Shown here: in pieces, positions 39,072 to 48,468 of the stretch
Numbering within the stretch: position 1 is the first letter of the stretch
Layout of the letters: the number at the start of each line of letters is the position of its first letter
NCBI GenBank assembly: GCA_965199955.1
Contig: CBDATQ010000001.1
Span: forward strand, 512,001-576,000
Origin: Spirochaetia bacterium
Lineage (GTDB): Bacteria > Spirochaetota > Spirochaetia > SZUA-6 > Bin103
Direction of reading: 5' to 3'
DNA: 64,000 nt
Notes under the pieces: generated by a model
Databases searched by the model: none
The model's input: only the letters and a program-made list of their open reading frames with translations
Told to the model about the DNA's origin: nothing
Made by a program: the position numbers and the translations under genes

Positions 39072-40310
39072 ATGGCGTCCGATCTTCAGCGCGTTCCCGA
39101 CGGCTACCGCCGCGAGCTGGACCGGCTGTCCGAGATCGAGGAGCGTCTCGATGCCGAGGTGCGCATCGACGACCAGCGGTTCGCCGGCCTGCGCGACTAC
39201 CGGACCGTTCTCGAGCTCGCCACCGTGCGCCTGTGTCTGGCCACCCTCGCGGTCGAGGACGGCGGCGACGCGGAGCTGGCCCGCGCCAAGGCACTCGCGG
39301 CGCTGCAGGCGCTCGACGAGCTGCGCGGGCTGTCGCTGTCCGACGACCAGTCCGAGCTGATCCGCGGCTCGGACGCGTACGCCGCGGCGCAGGAGCAGCT
39401 CGAGCGCTTCCTGATGGCCGGCGGCGGAGCGCTCCTGGAGGACCGCGTCGCGGATGCCGAGCGCTGCCGCAAGCTGGCGCGCATCGTCGCCTCGGCGGTC
39501 AGCAAGCACGCGCATCGCGACGACACCTATCGTCCCCTGTTCCAGACCGAGAGGCTGCCGGAGCCGCTCCGCGCGCTGGTCAACATGCTGCTGCCCCTGC
39601 TGGCGTGGGAGAACCAGGCGGAGCCGCCCTACGGCCTGGAGGAAGGCGAGGAGGAGGTCCGGCGCGCGCCGCGAATGACCGTGCCGCTGCCGCAGGCCAT
39701 TCACTACCTTGAAGAGGAGGTGCTGCCGGCGTACCGGGAGGCGGCGGACGCCACACCGGGCGATGCCGGCCTGCAGGCGTCCATCGCCACCCTGGAGCAG
39801 CGCATCGAGCGCCTGCAGGCGCTGCGTGTGTACCCCCGCTCCACGCCGCTGCCGATCGAGCCGGGTATCCAGACCGACACGCTGGTCGGCTTCACGGCCG
39901 AGGGCGTGCCGCTGGTGACGCTGGGCATCGGCGTCGACGTCCGCTCCGGCACCAACCTGGACCGGATGCGGGAGCTGATTCAGTCCGAGGTGGTGCGGCG
40001 CTGCGCGGGCGGCGGCTTCGCGGCCGAGCTCGACCGGGAGTACCGGCGGCTGGCTCCGTCCGGCGGAGACCACCGCACCGGCACCCGCGCTCCCAGCCTG
40101 CGGCTGAACGCCAACAAGCTGTTTCCGGCGCTGCGCCGCTCCTATCCGGTGCTCCGTCACCTGGAGGACCGCGTGCAGCTCGCCCGGCTGCTGGAGCACT
40201 GCCGTCTCTATGGCGAGGCGGCGACCCGCCGGCTGATCGAGCTGGAGCTGGCGGCGCTGTCCAGCGCGGAGCGCGGGTTCACGGACCGAGCCGTTCCCGA
40301 TCAGCGATGA
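39072..40310 (+). CDS. hypothetical, mostly alpha-helical protein
   Basis: AGGA RBS, ATG 39072, GC3-rich codon usage, no recognised motif. Confidence 0.7.
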   Translation: MASDLQRVPDGYRRELDRLSEIEERLDAEVRIDDQRFAGLRDYRTVLELATVRLCLATLAVEDGGDAELARAKALAALQALDELRGLSLSDDQSELIRGSDAYAAAQEQLERFLMAGGGALLEDRVADAERCRKLARIVASAVSKHAHRDDTYRPLFQTERLPEPLRALVNMLLPLLAWENQAEPPYGLEEGEEEVRRAPRMTVPLPQAIHYLEEEVLPAYREAADATPGDAGLQASIATLEQRIERLQALRVYPRSTPLPIEPGIQTDTLVGFTAEGVPLVTLGIGVDVRSGTNLDRMRELIQSEVVRRCAGGGFAAELDREYRRLAPSGGDHRTGTRAPSLRLNANKLFPALRRSYPVLRHLEDRVQLARLLEHCRLYGEAATRRLIELELAALSSAERGFTDRAVPDQR

Positions 40311-41143
40311 GCGCCGGCCGGCCGTTTCGCGTCGCCTTCCTCGACGGGGAGCCGCCGGGGGCAGCGCATCTCGCGGGGGCGCAAGGGACGGTGGAGCTGG
40401 TCGATCCGTCCCGGCCGGCCGATCCGGGACGGGTCGACGGCGTGGTGATCGGCGGTCCGATCGAGCGCCGTGCCGAGCGGGTGACGGGACACCTGCGGGC
40501 CGGCACGTCGGTTCTGGCCGCCGCGCCACTGTCGGCCGAAGCCGCGGAGCACGACGCGCTGGTGCAGGACGCCGAGGAGGGACCGGGCCGGCTGCTGCTG
40601 GCCTACCGGCAGCGGTGGCGTCCGGAGGTTGCCGCGGTTTGCGCCGCGCTGGAGGCCGGCGAGCTGGGCCGAACCGGGCTGATCCGGCTTCACTCCTGGC
40701 GCGTGAGCGAACAGGGAGAGGAGGCCGCGACGGCTGCGCTGCGCGACGCCGTCGACACGGTGCTGCGGATCGCCGGGACGAAACCGTCCGTGGTCCACGC
40801 CTCCGGCGACGGCTCGTGCCTGCTGGCGCACCTGGGCTTCGCCGGCGGGGGCATGGCGCTGCTCGACCTGGCGACCTCGCACGGCGACCCGTACGACTCG
40901 CTGACCGTGATCGGAGCCGACGGCGCCGCGCACGCCGAGGACCATCGCAACGTCCAGTTCCTGTACGACCGGCACGGGTTGCAGGGCGTGCCGCTGCGCG
41001 GCGACGCTGAGCTGGGCCTGCTGCGCGCCTTCGCCGCCGGGGCACGCAGCGCCGCGGACCACGAGCGTGCGGTGAGCGCGGTGACCGGGGCGATCGGCGC
41101 GTCGCTCCGCACCGGCGCGGCGGTCCCGGGGTCGGTGCCGTGA
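40307..41143 (+). CDS. degenerate Gfo/Idh/MocA-like protein
   Basis: HLRAGTSVL..PL, RWRPE..GELG..GLIRLH; N-terminal Rossmann motif not recognisable. Confidence 0.6.
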   Translation: MSAGRPFRVAFLDGEPPGAAHLAGAQGTVELVDPSRPADPGRVDGVVIGGPIERRAERVTGHLRAGTSVLAAAPLSAEAAEHDALVQDAEEGPGRLLLAYRQRWRPEVAAVCAALEAGELGRTGLIRLHSWRVSEQGEEAATAALRDAVDTVLRIAGTKPSVVHASGDGSCLLAHLGFAGGGMALLDLATSHGDPYDSLTVIGADGAAHAEDHRNVQFLYDRHGLQGVPLRGDAELGLLRAFAAGARSAADHERAVSAVTGAIGASLRTGAAVPGSVP

Positions 41144-42198
41144 TCCCGGTCATCGCCCTGGGGGGCGCCAGGCACTGCTACTTCGCGCATGCCGCGGCCG
41201 GCGGCCATGCACGCTTCCGGTTGGTCGCGGTGGCCGATGCGGCAAGCGCGCCCGACTGGTCGCTGGCGCGGGCGCGCCGGCTGGCGGCGGAGCTGCAGGT
41301 TCCGTTCGAGGACGACATCGATGCGGCGATCTCGCGATACCGCCCGCAGGCGGCATGCGTGAGTCCCGCCACGTCCCGTCACGCGGAGCTGACGGAGATC
41401 GCCTGCGCCGCCGGACTGCACGTCATCCAGGACAAGCCGATGGCCCACACCCTGGAGGACTGCACCCGCATCATGCGGGCGGTGCGGCGCGCCGGCACGC
41501 GCTTCCTGCTGTGGAACCGCAACGGCGCCCCGGCGATCCGGCAGGCGGGCGAGCTGCTGGAGCGGGGCGCGCTCGGCGCGCTGCGGGCGATCCACGTCGA
41601 CTTCTACTTCGCCAAGGATGCCGGGCCGCGCATCGGCGAGGGGCGGCCGGTGCCGCAGGACCCCGGCTGGGAGCCGCTCGGCGAGCTCTCGGTCGAAGGG
41701 ATCTACCCGCTCGCCTACATCGCGCACCTGGCCCGGTCGCCTGCCGCCACGGTGTTCGCGCGCGCCGCCAGCCACTTCCACCAGCGCCACCGCGACCACG
41801 GCATCGAGGACCTGGCGTCGCTGAGCCTGCGCCTGCAGGGCGGCGTCCTAGCTTCGGTCAGCCTGGGCAGAATCGGCCGGGCCAGCCACCCGGACCTGGG
41901 AGAGATCGCGCTGCGCCTGATCGGCAGCGACGGCAGCGCCGTGATCGCCGAACCGCGGCCGGAGGTGGCGGTCTACCGCCGTGGCGCGGCGCCGGCCGCG
42001 TTCCCGCACCGGCGGGTCGCCGCGGAGGACGCACGCTTCCTGCTGGACGACCTGGCGCGCGCCATCGACACCGGCGGACGCACGGTCTGCGACGAGGTGG
42101 ACGGGTGGCGGATCGCCGCCACCGTGCACGCCGCGCTCGCCTCCGCGCGCAGCGGCCGCGTGGAGCGGGTGCCGGATCTCAATGTTACGAAGCCTTAA
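41140..42198 (+). CDS. Gfo/Idh/MocA oxidoreductase
   Basis: AGLHVIQDKPMA, GALGALRAI, EDLASL, SGRVE. Confidence 0.8.
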   Translation: MIPVIALGGARHCYFAHAAAGGHARFRLVAVADAASAPDWSLARARRLAAELQVPFEDDIDAAISRYRPQAACVSPATSRHAELTEIACAAGLHVIQDKPMAHTLEDCTRIMRAVRRAGTRFLLWNRNGAPAIRQAGELLERGALGALRAIHVDFYFAKDAGPRIGEGRPVPQDPGWEPLGELSVEGIYPLAYIAHLARSPAATVFARAASHFHQRHRDHGIEDLASLSLRLQGGVLASVSLGRIGRASHPDLGEIALRLIGSDGSAVIAEPRPEVAVYRRGAAPAAFPHRRVAAEDARFLLDDLARAIDTGGRTVCDEVDGWRIAATVHAALASARSGRVERVPDLNVTKP

Positions 42199-42202
42199 CA
42201 TT
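42181..42202. promoter_or_regulatory. inverted repeat upstream of HtrA gene
   Basis: AATGTTA-N8-TAACATT in an AT-rich patch. Confidence 0.45.
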
Positions 42203-42266
42203 CCGTTATTTCCCCCGTAACCACAGCCTGACGATCATCTAGTCACCTAAATGGCAGAAGGTCGCA

Positions 42267-43679
42267 ATGATAATGACGATGAACATTCACGGAAATCTCA
42301 CCGGTCGGCTGCGTCAGGCCGCGCTGCTCGGGGCTCTGAGCGGGCTCATCGCTGCCTGCGCGGTCGGAGACGGAGAGGAAGCCGCCAGCGATGGGGCGCC
42401 CAGGCCGCTGGCCCACACCTCGGGAGACGCTGCGATCAGACTGGTCGCCGACCAGCCGTTCGACACGATGGCTGCCGCGCTGGCCCTGCAGCAGGTGTTC
42501 CGCGACGTGGCCGGCGCGTCGGTGCCCACCGTGGTGCAGATCGACACCACGCAGACCAGGCCGCGGTTCGGCTCCACGTTCGAGCAGCCCAGCGGCACCG
42601 GCTCCGGGGTGATCTACGACCGCACCGGCAACACCTACTTCGTCCTCACCAACGCCCACGTGATCCAGAACACGGACAGCATCAGGCTCACCCTGCACGA
42701 CGGGACGGAGATCTCCGAAGGCGTACGCCTGGTCGGAGCCGACCGCAACCGCGACGTCGCGGTGCTGCGGTTCGCCTCACGGGAACCGCTGGCCGTGGCG
42801 ATCATGGGAGACTCGGACGCCCTGCAGGTCGGCGACCAGGTGCTGGCGGTGGGCAGCCCCTTCGGCTTCCAGTCCACGGTGACCTCCGGGATCGTCAGCG
42901 GTCTCGGCCGCGAGCAGCGTCTGACCCCGTGGGCGGAATACATCCAGACCGACGCATCCATCAACCCGGGCAACTCCGGCGGCGCGCTGGTGGCCCTGGA
43001 CGGGGCGGTGGTCGCCATCAACACCTGGATCGCTTCCAACCGATGGGGCACCAGCGTCGGGGTCGGATTCGCGTTGCCGATCAATACCGCGTTGCTCGTC
43101 GCCGACCAACTGCGCGAAGGCGGCGTGCGCTACGGGTATCTCGGCGTCCAACTGCAACCCGCCAGCGACGTCGGTCAGTGGAGCGACGGCGCGCTGGTCA
43201 CCAGCGTGTACTCGCGGTCTCCCGCCGAGCGCGCAGGGTTTCTGGCTGGCGACGTGATCATCGCCGTGGATGGTCAGGGGGTCACCGGCACCGGCGAGGT
43301 CATGCGCAACATCGGCGGTGCCGGGCCCGGCACCCGGCTGGCGCTTACCGTGCTGCGCGACGGCGCGGAGCAGGAGATCACGGTACGGCTGGGCGAACGT
43401 CCGGAGTCCGGGGACGATACAGGAACCGACTGGCCTGGGATCTTCGTGGTCGACGATCCGCCGGGTCAGGGCGTGGGCGTGGAGGGCGTGTCGAGGACGT
43501 CGGGCGCTCGGCTCGCGGGTCTCCGGTCGGGAGACGTGATCATCGAGATCGACGGCGACAAGGTCGCCGACGTGGAGGACTTCTACGCCGCGCTGCGCGA
43601 GGCCGATTCGGCGGAGCTCACCGTGTTGCGGCCCGGGTCGAGCCGCTCGCGTACCTTCACCGTGGCGATCGACCGCTGA
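42267..43679 (+). CDS. HtrA/DegP-family serine protease with two PDZ domains
   Basis: LIAAC lipobox-like, GSGVI, TNAHV, DVAVL, IQTDASINPGNSGG, GYLGV, SPAERAG. Confidence 0.93.
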   Translation: MIMTMNIHGNLTGRLRQAALLGALSGLIAACAVGDGEEAASDGAPRPLAHTSGDAAIRLVADQPFDTMAAALALQQVFRDVAGASVPTVVQIDTTQTRPRFGSTFEQPSGTGSGVIYDRTGNTYFVLTNAHVIQNTDSIRLTLHDGTEISEGVRLVGADRNRDVAVLRFASREPLAVAIMGDSDALQVGDQVLAVGSPFGFQSTVTSGIVSGLGREQRLTPWAEYIQTDASINPGNSGGALVALDGAVVAINTWIASNRWGTSVGVGFALPINTALLVADQLREGGVRYGYLGVQLQPASDVGQWSDGALVTSVYSRSPAERAGFLAGDVIIAVDGQGVTGTGEVMRNIGGAGPGTRLALTVLRDGAEQEITVRLGERPESGDDTGTDWPGIFVVDDPPGQGVGVEGVSRTSGARLAGLRSGDVIIEIDGDKVADVEDFYAALREADSAELTVLRPGSSRSRTFTVAIDR

Positions 43680-43692
43680 GGCGGTCGATCGC
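43665..43692. terminator. 12-bp perfect hairpin between convergent genes
   Basis: GCGATCGACCGC-tgag-GCGGTCGATCGC, HtrA stop codon in the loop. Confidence 0.6.
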
Positions 43693-44769
43693 TCAGTATC
43701 CGAAGTCGGCGGCGACGCCCGACAGGCTGCGCGGCCCGCTCTCGATCAGCCGGCGTCCCTCGTCCGCGATCGACTCGAACGCGTGCCACCACGGCCGGCT
43801 GCGCGCCGTGGCCAGCTCCCGCATCTGCCGCACGCGCGGCAGCGCGATGCGCCGGAACGCGTCAACCAGCCCGTCCCAGGTCGTGGCCTCGGGGGCGGTG
43901 AATGCCTCCTTGAAGTAGGCGCGCCCGCACATCGGCGCCGCCACCAGGTCGGCGACCAGCGCGTACTGGGCCGCGTACTGCGAGAAGTCCACCGCCGCGC
44001 TCAGGAGGAACAGCGGCCGCGGGCAGACCTCGGCGATGCGCCGGCAGGTCCCGCGTACCACCTCCGCGCTGGAAGCGGGCTGCACGTTGCCTGACCCGTC
44101 CTCGACCCACAGCAGCGGGATCTGCGTCTTGTAGAAGGCGCCGAACGAGCCGAACTCCTCGGCGATCTGCACCAGCGCCTCCGGCAGGCGCGCGGCGAAC
44201 GCGGCGCGGTCCTCATCCGGCCTCTCCAGCAAAAGCGTCTCCGAGAACAGCGGCTTGCCGAGCTTCCGGCAGCGCTCGTCCACGTCTGCCAGCCAGTCGC
44301 GGTTGCGCTTCCAGCTCTCCGGATGGTCCGGGTCGAGGTTGACCAGCGTCTTGAAGCCGTCCAGGTGCTCGGCCGCCTCTTCCGGCGGCAGCTCCAGGAC
44401 CGACAGCTTGCCGGCGCCCCCGTCCATGATCTGCCCGGCGGAGGACTCCAGGCGGCCGATCAGGTAGGTGCCGCCCAGCGTCTCGCGAAAGCCGGCCGAG
44501 GTGAAGGCAAGCCGGTTGAACAGCGCCGCGCTGGCCGTCCCGCCGAGCGCCGCGGCGAACTCGCGCGCCGCGCGCCGCACGTCGTCGTCTTCGGCGGCAC
44601 GCGGGTCCGGGGTGTTGGCCAGGAAGGAGCTCAGCAGCCTCAGGTAGGAGCCGTGCTGGTCGGAGGCGAACACGTCCAGCACGCCGTTCGGCGCCGCGGC
44701 CGCCAGCCGCTCGAACGCTTCCTTGGTGATCGACAGCCCGTCCGCATAGCAGGCCCAGGGTTCGTTCAT
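43693..44769 (-). CDS. class I aldolase, tagatose-1,6-bisphosphate aldolase (LacD/YihT)-like
   Basis: FASDQHGS (AxDQRG-like), GFKTLV, FYKTQIP, LLSAAV, CGRA. Confidence 0.65.
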   Translation of the reverse strand: MNEPWACYADGLSITKEAFERLAAAAPNGVLDVFASDQHGSYLRLLSSFLANTPDPRAAEDDDVRRAAREFAAALGGTASAALFNRLAFTSAGFRETLGGTYLIGRLESSAGQIMDGGAGKLSVLELPPEEAAEHLDGFKTLVNLDPDHPESWKRNRDWLADVDERCRKLGKPLFSETLLLERPDEDRAAFAARLPEALVQIAEEFGSFGAFYKTQIPLLWVEDGSGNVQPASSAEVVRGTCRRIAEVCPRPLFLLSAAVDFSQYAAQYALVADLVAAPMCGRAYFKEAFTAPEATTWDGLVDAFRRIALPRVRQMRELATARSRPWWHAFESIADEGRRLIESGPRSLSGVAADFGY

Positions 44770-44785
44770 GCTCGTCCTTTCATCA

Positions 44786-46138
44786 TTACGTGATCAACAG
44801 CACCTGCAGATCGCCGACGTTCGTACGCGTCGGCCCGGTACGAAACAAGCCGCCGGCGCGGTCGAAGAACGTATACGAGTCGTTGCGATCCAGGTACTGA
44901 CGGGGACTCAGTCCCAGACGTCGGGCCGCATCATATACCGCCGGGTCCGCAAACGCACCCGTGGCGTCCGTCGGACCGTCCGTGCCGTCGGTGGAGGCGG
45001 CAAGGAAGTGCAGCCGGCCGCGTTCCGGGTGGTCGGCTGCCTCGGTCAGGAAGGCCAGTGCCATCTCCTGGCTGCGGCCGCCCGCGCCGTCGCCGCGCAG
45101 CGTGACCGTCGTCTCGCCGCCGCCAATCACGCAGCAGGGTGCGGAGGCCGCCACCCCGTGGCGTGCGACGTCGGAGCCGATCGCCAGGTAGACTTTGGCC
45201 ACTTCGCGCGCCTCGCCGACGATCTGCGATGACAGCGCCAGCGTCGGCCAGCCCAGTGTCCGCGCTTCCGCGCGCGCGGCCTCGAGAGCGGTCAGGTTGT
45301 TTCCCAAGAGGATGTTCTGGACGCCGGCCAGCTCCGCGCCGCCCGGCTTGGGCGTCTCCGGCAGGCGGCCGTCGCGGCCGGCCTCGAGCACCCGGCGGGC
45401 CGGCTCCGGCAGCGCCGCGGTCACGCCGTAGCGGTCGGTGATCGCCAGCGCGTCCGCGTAGGTGGTGGCATCCGCCGCGGTCAGCCCGGAGGCGATGGTG
45501 TCCAGGCGGTCGCCTGTCACGTCGGAAAGGATCAGGTTGAGCGAGCGGGCGGGGTGGGTCAGCGCCGCCAGCCGGCCCCCCTTCACCTGCGACAGGTGCT
45601 TGCGCACGCAGTTCATCTCCTGGATGGTCGCGCCGCAGGCCAGGAGCAACTCCGTCACCCGCTTCTTGTCGTCCAGGTCCAGGTCCAGGCCGGGCTGGCC
45701 GCCGCCGGTCTCCAGGGGCGCGGCCAGCAGCGCCGACCCGCCGCCGGAGATCAGGCCGATCACCAGCGTGCCGGCGTCGGCGTCGCGGCAGTGACGGGCG
45801 ATCACCTGCGCGGCCCGCCGGCTTTCCTCGTCGGGCACCGGATGGCCGGACTCGATGACGTCGATGCGCGTCAGCGGCTCGCCGTGGCCGGCCTTGGTGG
45901 CGATGGTGCCGCCGGCGATCCGATCGCCCAGCAGGTCCTCCAGCGCCAGCGCCATGCTGGCCGACGCCTTGCCGGCACCGATGACCACGATCCGCCGGAC
46001 GGTGTCCAGGTCGACTTGGCCGTCCCAGCCGGCGACCCGCAGCGTGCGGCCGGCGACCGTCACCCCGTTGCGGATCAGACGGTTTGGCCGCACCGGGTCC
46101 AGGCCGGCGCGGTAGATGCGCTCCAGAGCCTGTCTCAT
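44786..46138 (-). CDS. glycerate 2-kinase (MOFRL/TtuD family)
   Basis: GAGKAS, GHPVPD, ISGGGSAL, RKHLSQVKGG, GGETTV, TDGTDG, TGPTRTNVGD; ATG 46138 overlaps upstream stop. Confidence 0.93.
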   Translation of the reverse strand: MRQALERIYRAGLDPVRPNRLIRNGVTVAGRTLRVAGWDGQVDLDTVRRIVVIGAGKASASMALALEDLLGDRIAGGTIATKAGHGEPLTRIDVIESGHPVPDEESRRAAQVIARHCRDADAGTLVIGLISGGGSALLAAPLETGGGQPGLDLDLDDKKRVTELLLACGATIQEMNCVRKHLSQVKGGRLAALTHPARSLNLILSDVTGDRLDTIASGLTAADATTYADALAITDRYGVTAALPEPARRVLEAGRDGRLPETPKPGGAELAGVQNILLGNNLTALEAARAEARTLGWPTLALSSQIVGEAREVAKVYLAIGSDVARHGVAASAPCCVIGGGETTVTLRGDGAGGRSQEMALAFLTEAADHPERGRLHFLAASTDGTDGPTDATGAFADPAVYDAARRLGLSPRQYLDRNDSYTFFDRAGGLFRTGPTRTNVGDLQVLLIT

Positions 46139-46659
46139 CGGCCTTCCCGCTCGATCCAGGAGCGCAGCGCGTCCGCGGTGCTCGGGAACGCAAGCTCCTC
46201 CCACGGGATGGAAGCCGGCTCGGTCCAGACCGCCTCGTCGCATTCATCGCCGGCCGTGAGCGCGCCGCCGGTGACCGCCGCGGTGTAGACGACCAGCACC
46301 GCGGTCACGTCGGGGTAGGAGAAGACGCCGTGCAGCGCCTCGAGGCGCACGCGCAGGCCGGTCTCCTCCCAGGTCTCGCGCACGGCGGCCCGATCTACCG
46401 GCTCGCCCCGGTCCACGTAGCCGCCGGGAAACGTCCACTTGCCGCGCGCCGGGTTGATCGTCCGCCTGATCAGCGCGATGCGGCCCTCGTGGACGACGAT
46501 GGCGCCGGCCGCCACCTTCGGGTCGAAGTACACCACCGCGCCGCACCGCTCGCAGACCGGCCGCTGCCGGCCGTCGATCTGGCGCGATGCCAGCGGAGCG
46601 GCGCACGCGGCGCAGAACCGCGTCGCGGTTCCGTGGACGTGATCGGGCGTGTCAGCCAT
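46135..46659 (-). CDS. NUDIX hydrolase with N-terminal zinc ribbon
   Basis: CAAC..CERC, PGGYVDRGE..AAVRETWEETG. Confidence 0.92.
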   Translation of the reverse strand: MADTPDHVHGTATRFCAACAAPLASRQIDGRQRPVCERCGAVVYFDPKVAAGAIVVHEGRIALIRRTINPARGKWTFPGGYVDRGEPVDRAAVRETWEETGLRVRLEALHGVFSYPDVTAVLVVYTAAVTGGALTAGDECDEAVWTEPASIPWEELAFPSTADALRSWIEREGR

Positions 46660-47071
46660 GGTGTGCGTACACTCGAAGCGTCTCCCTGCCCCGGTCTACC
46701 GTACCAAGGGCTTGCTGTCGACCCGGTTTTGCAGCCGCCGAGACTCGTGACTTGGAGCGCCACCGATCAAGGCCGGATCTTCGTGTCTGACGAACGCCCA
46801 ATCAGACCCATCCTCCTGGCGTCAAGCCACGCCTTGAGAGGAGTAGTGCAGAGTTCGCCACCAGCGCCATCGCGAGCGACACGACATTCCCAGGCTGTCG
46901 CGGCCGTGTTGGGGCAAGATCTCCCGCTCCACGGGGTCCGGATGAGATGGTGGTCGCTCGTTCACCATGTCTGTTTTCCACCTTGTCGAGACCGTTGGTG
47001 CCGCCCTAATGTACCGGTATCACTACCGGGCAGACTCCTTCTGACTCAGATGATCCAGACGAGGTGAAGAC

Positions 47072-47116
47072 ATGACCGCCGAGATCGCGATCATGAACAA
47101 ATCCGCGGTCGCACTA
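47072..47116 (+). pseudogene. 5' stub (MTAEIAIMNKSAVAL) of an Ntn/proteasome-beta-like gene interrupted by IS630
   Basis: GAGGTG RBS, ATG 47072; frame runs into the CTAG that marks the IS end. Confidence 0.6.
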
Positions 47117-47770
47117 GTGGACTGTAACGAGAATTCATGCACCGATGTGTCGTGACGGATCAACATAATGCCACTTCACGACCCGCGGATTCTTGAATCG
47201 CCGTCTTCTCGTCCACGCAGAACACCGCCGCGTGCGCCGGCGGGTTCAGGTACAGCCCGATGATGTCGGCCGCCTTCTGCTCGAAGTCCGGATCGTTGGA
47301 GCTCATGTAGCGCTCCAACCGGTGCGGCTGCAGCCGGTGCTTGCTCCATACCCGCGCCACCATCATGTGCGACACGCCCAGCTTGGCCGCCAGGCGGCGC
47401 GTGCTCCAGTGCGTGGCGCCATCGGTCGGCGCCTTGCGCGTGGCGTTGAGGATCCTGGCCTCCACGCTCGGGGTGCAGCGAAACGGCTTCTGACCGCGGT
47501 GCCGGCTGTACAGTCCTGCCAATCGCTCGGCCCGAAAGCGGCCAGCCCACATCGCCACGAAGCCGCGGCTGCACTCGGCTCGTTCGCACACTACGTCCCA
47601 CGTGAGTCGCTCAGCGAGCAGCAGAATGACGCGCGCACGGCGCGCATCCTCGGCTCGACCAGTGCGACTCCTGGCCCGCTTGGTGAGTTCGCGATGCTCG
47701 GCTTCGGTCAATACGATTCCCTCTCTCATGCCTCCAATTATAGTACGAAAGCAAATGTTACGGCCTGCTG
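47115..47770 (-). mobile_element. internally deleted IS630-family element
   Basis: CTAG/TA at left end; imperfect terminal IRs TAGTGGACTGTAAC / CAGCAGGCCGTAAC; transposase remnant inside. Confidence 0.8.
47160..47729 (-). pseudogene. IS630 transposase, DDE domain largely deleted
   Basis: RRARVILL, THWSTRRLA, SNDPDF..K..DIIGLYLNPP, CVDEKTAIQ, then out-of-frame C-terminus KNPRVVKWHYVDPSRHI; TATAAT and GGAGG upstream. Confidence 0.88.
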
Positions 47771-47841
47771 GCGTTACCGAACGTGCCCTGAGGCGACGGG
47801 TAAAGAAGTAAGGCGGTTGAGGGATAGGGGACGGGGCTGCG

Positions 47842-48231
47842 GTGTCTGAATCCGGATCGCGCTCGCTCCGCCTGTCGAAGCTCGACGCGCAGGACTGGGC
47901 GTCGGAGGCGCTCCTGTGCGTCTCCTGTGGTGAGGAAGTGACCGGCGACCGGGCGCGCATCAACGTGGCGGGCGCGCACCGGCATGACTTCTTCAACCCG
48001 CAGCGCGTCCACTACGCGATCGCCTGCTTTGCCCCTGCGGCCGGCTGCCGCTCGATCGGCGAGCAGACCGACCGCTTCACGTGGTTTGCCGGGTACGCGT
48101 GGACGATCGCCCTGTGCCGGCGCTGCGGGACGCACCTGGGCTGGCGTTTCGTCTCGGCCGGGGGCGGCCACCGCTTCTTCGGGCTGATCGAGTCGCGCCT
48201 GGTGCGGCTGGGGCAGGGCCGGGCCAACTGA
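47842..48231 (+). CDS. cereblon family (CULT / thalidomide-binding domain) protein
   Basis: CVSC..NPQ..FTWFAGYAW..CRRCGTHLGWRF..FFGLI; exact start uncertain. Confidence 0.88.
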   Translation: MSESGSRSLRLSKLDAQDWASEALLCVSCGEEVTGDRARINVAGAHRHDFFNPQRVHYAIACFAPAAGCRSIGEQTDRFTWFAGYAWTIALCRRCGTHLGWRFVSAGGGHRFFGLIESRLVRLGQGRAN

Positions 48232-48242
48232 GTGAGACGGTC

Positions 48243-48452
48243 ATGAGCCCCCGCGTCGACGGCCGGATCGTCGCCCACGTGCCGGCCGCGCCGCGCATCG
48301 CCGCGGCGCAGATGCTCGGCCGCCGGCAGCTCGTGCAGGTGCTGTTCGGCCACCATCCCGGCGACGAGCCGCCGCCGCTGGTCGACGACACCGGCATGGC
48401 GGCGGCACTGTTCCCTTACCGGCTCCCGCTCTGGGAGCTGGACCACTGTTGA
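48243..48452 (+). pseudogene. small ORF, possibly C-terminal remnant of a GNAT/Eis-like acetyltransferase
   Basis: RRQLVQVLFG..ALFP..LWELD tail-like pattern; GC3-rich. Confidence 0.3.
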
Positions 48453-48468
48453 AGAGAGAGGAGCGACC

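Noticed and set aside
46660..47060. ncRNA or HigA-like antitoxin remnant in the 400-bp spacer
   Set aside because: No tRNA or riboswitch hallmarks recognised; the PSHP..REIL..LGMS similarity is too weak to support
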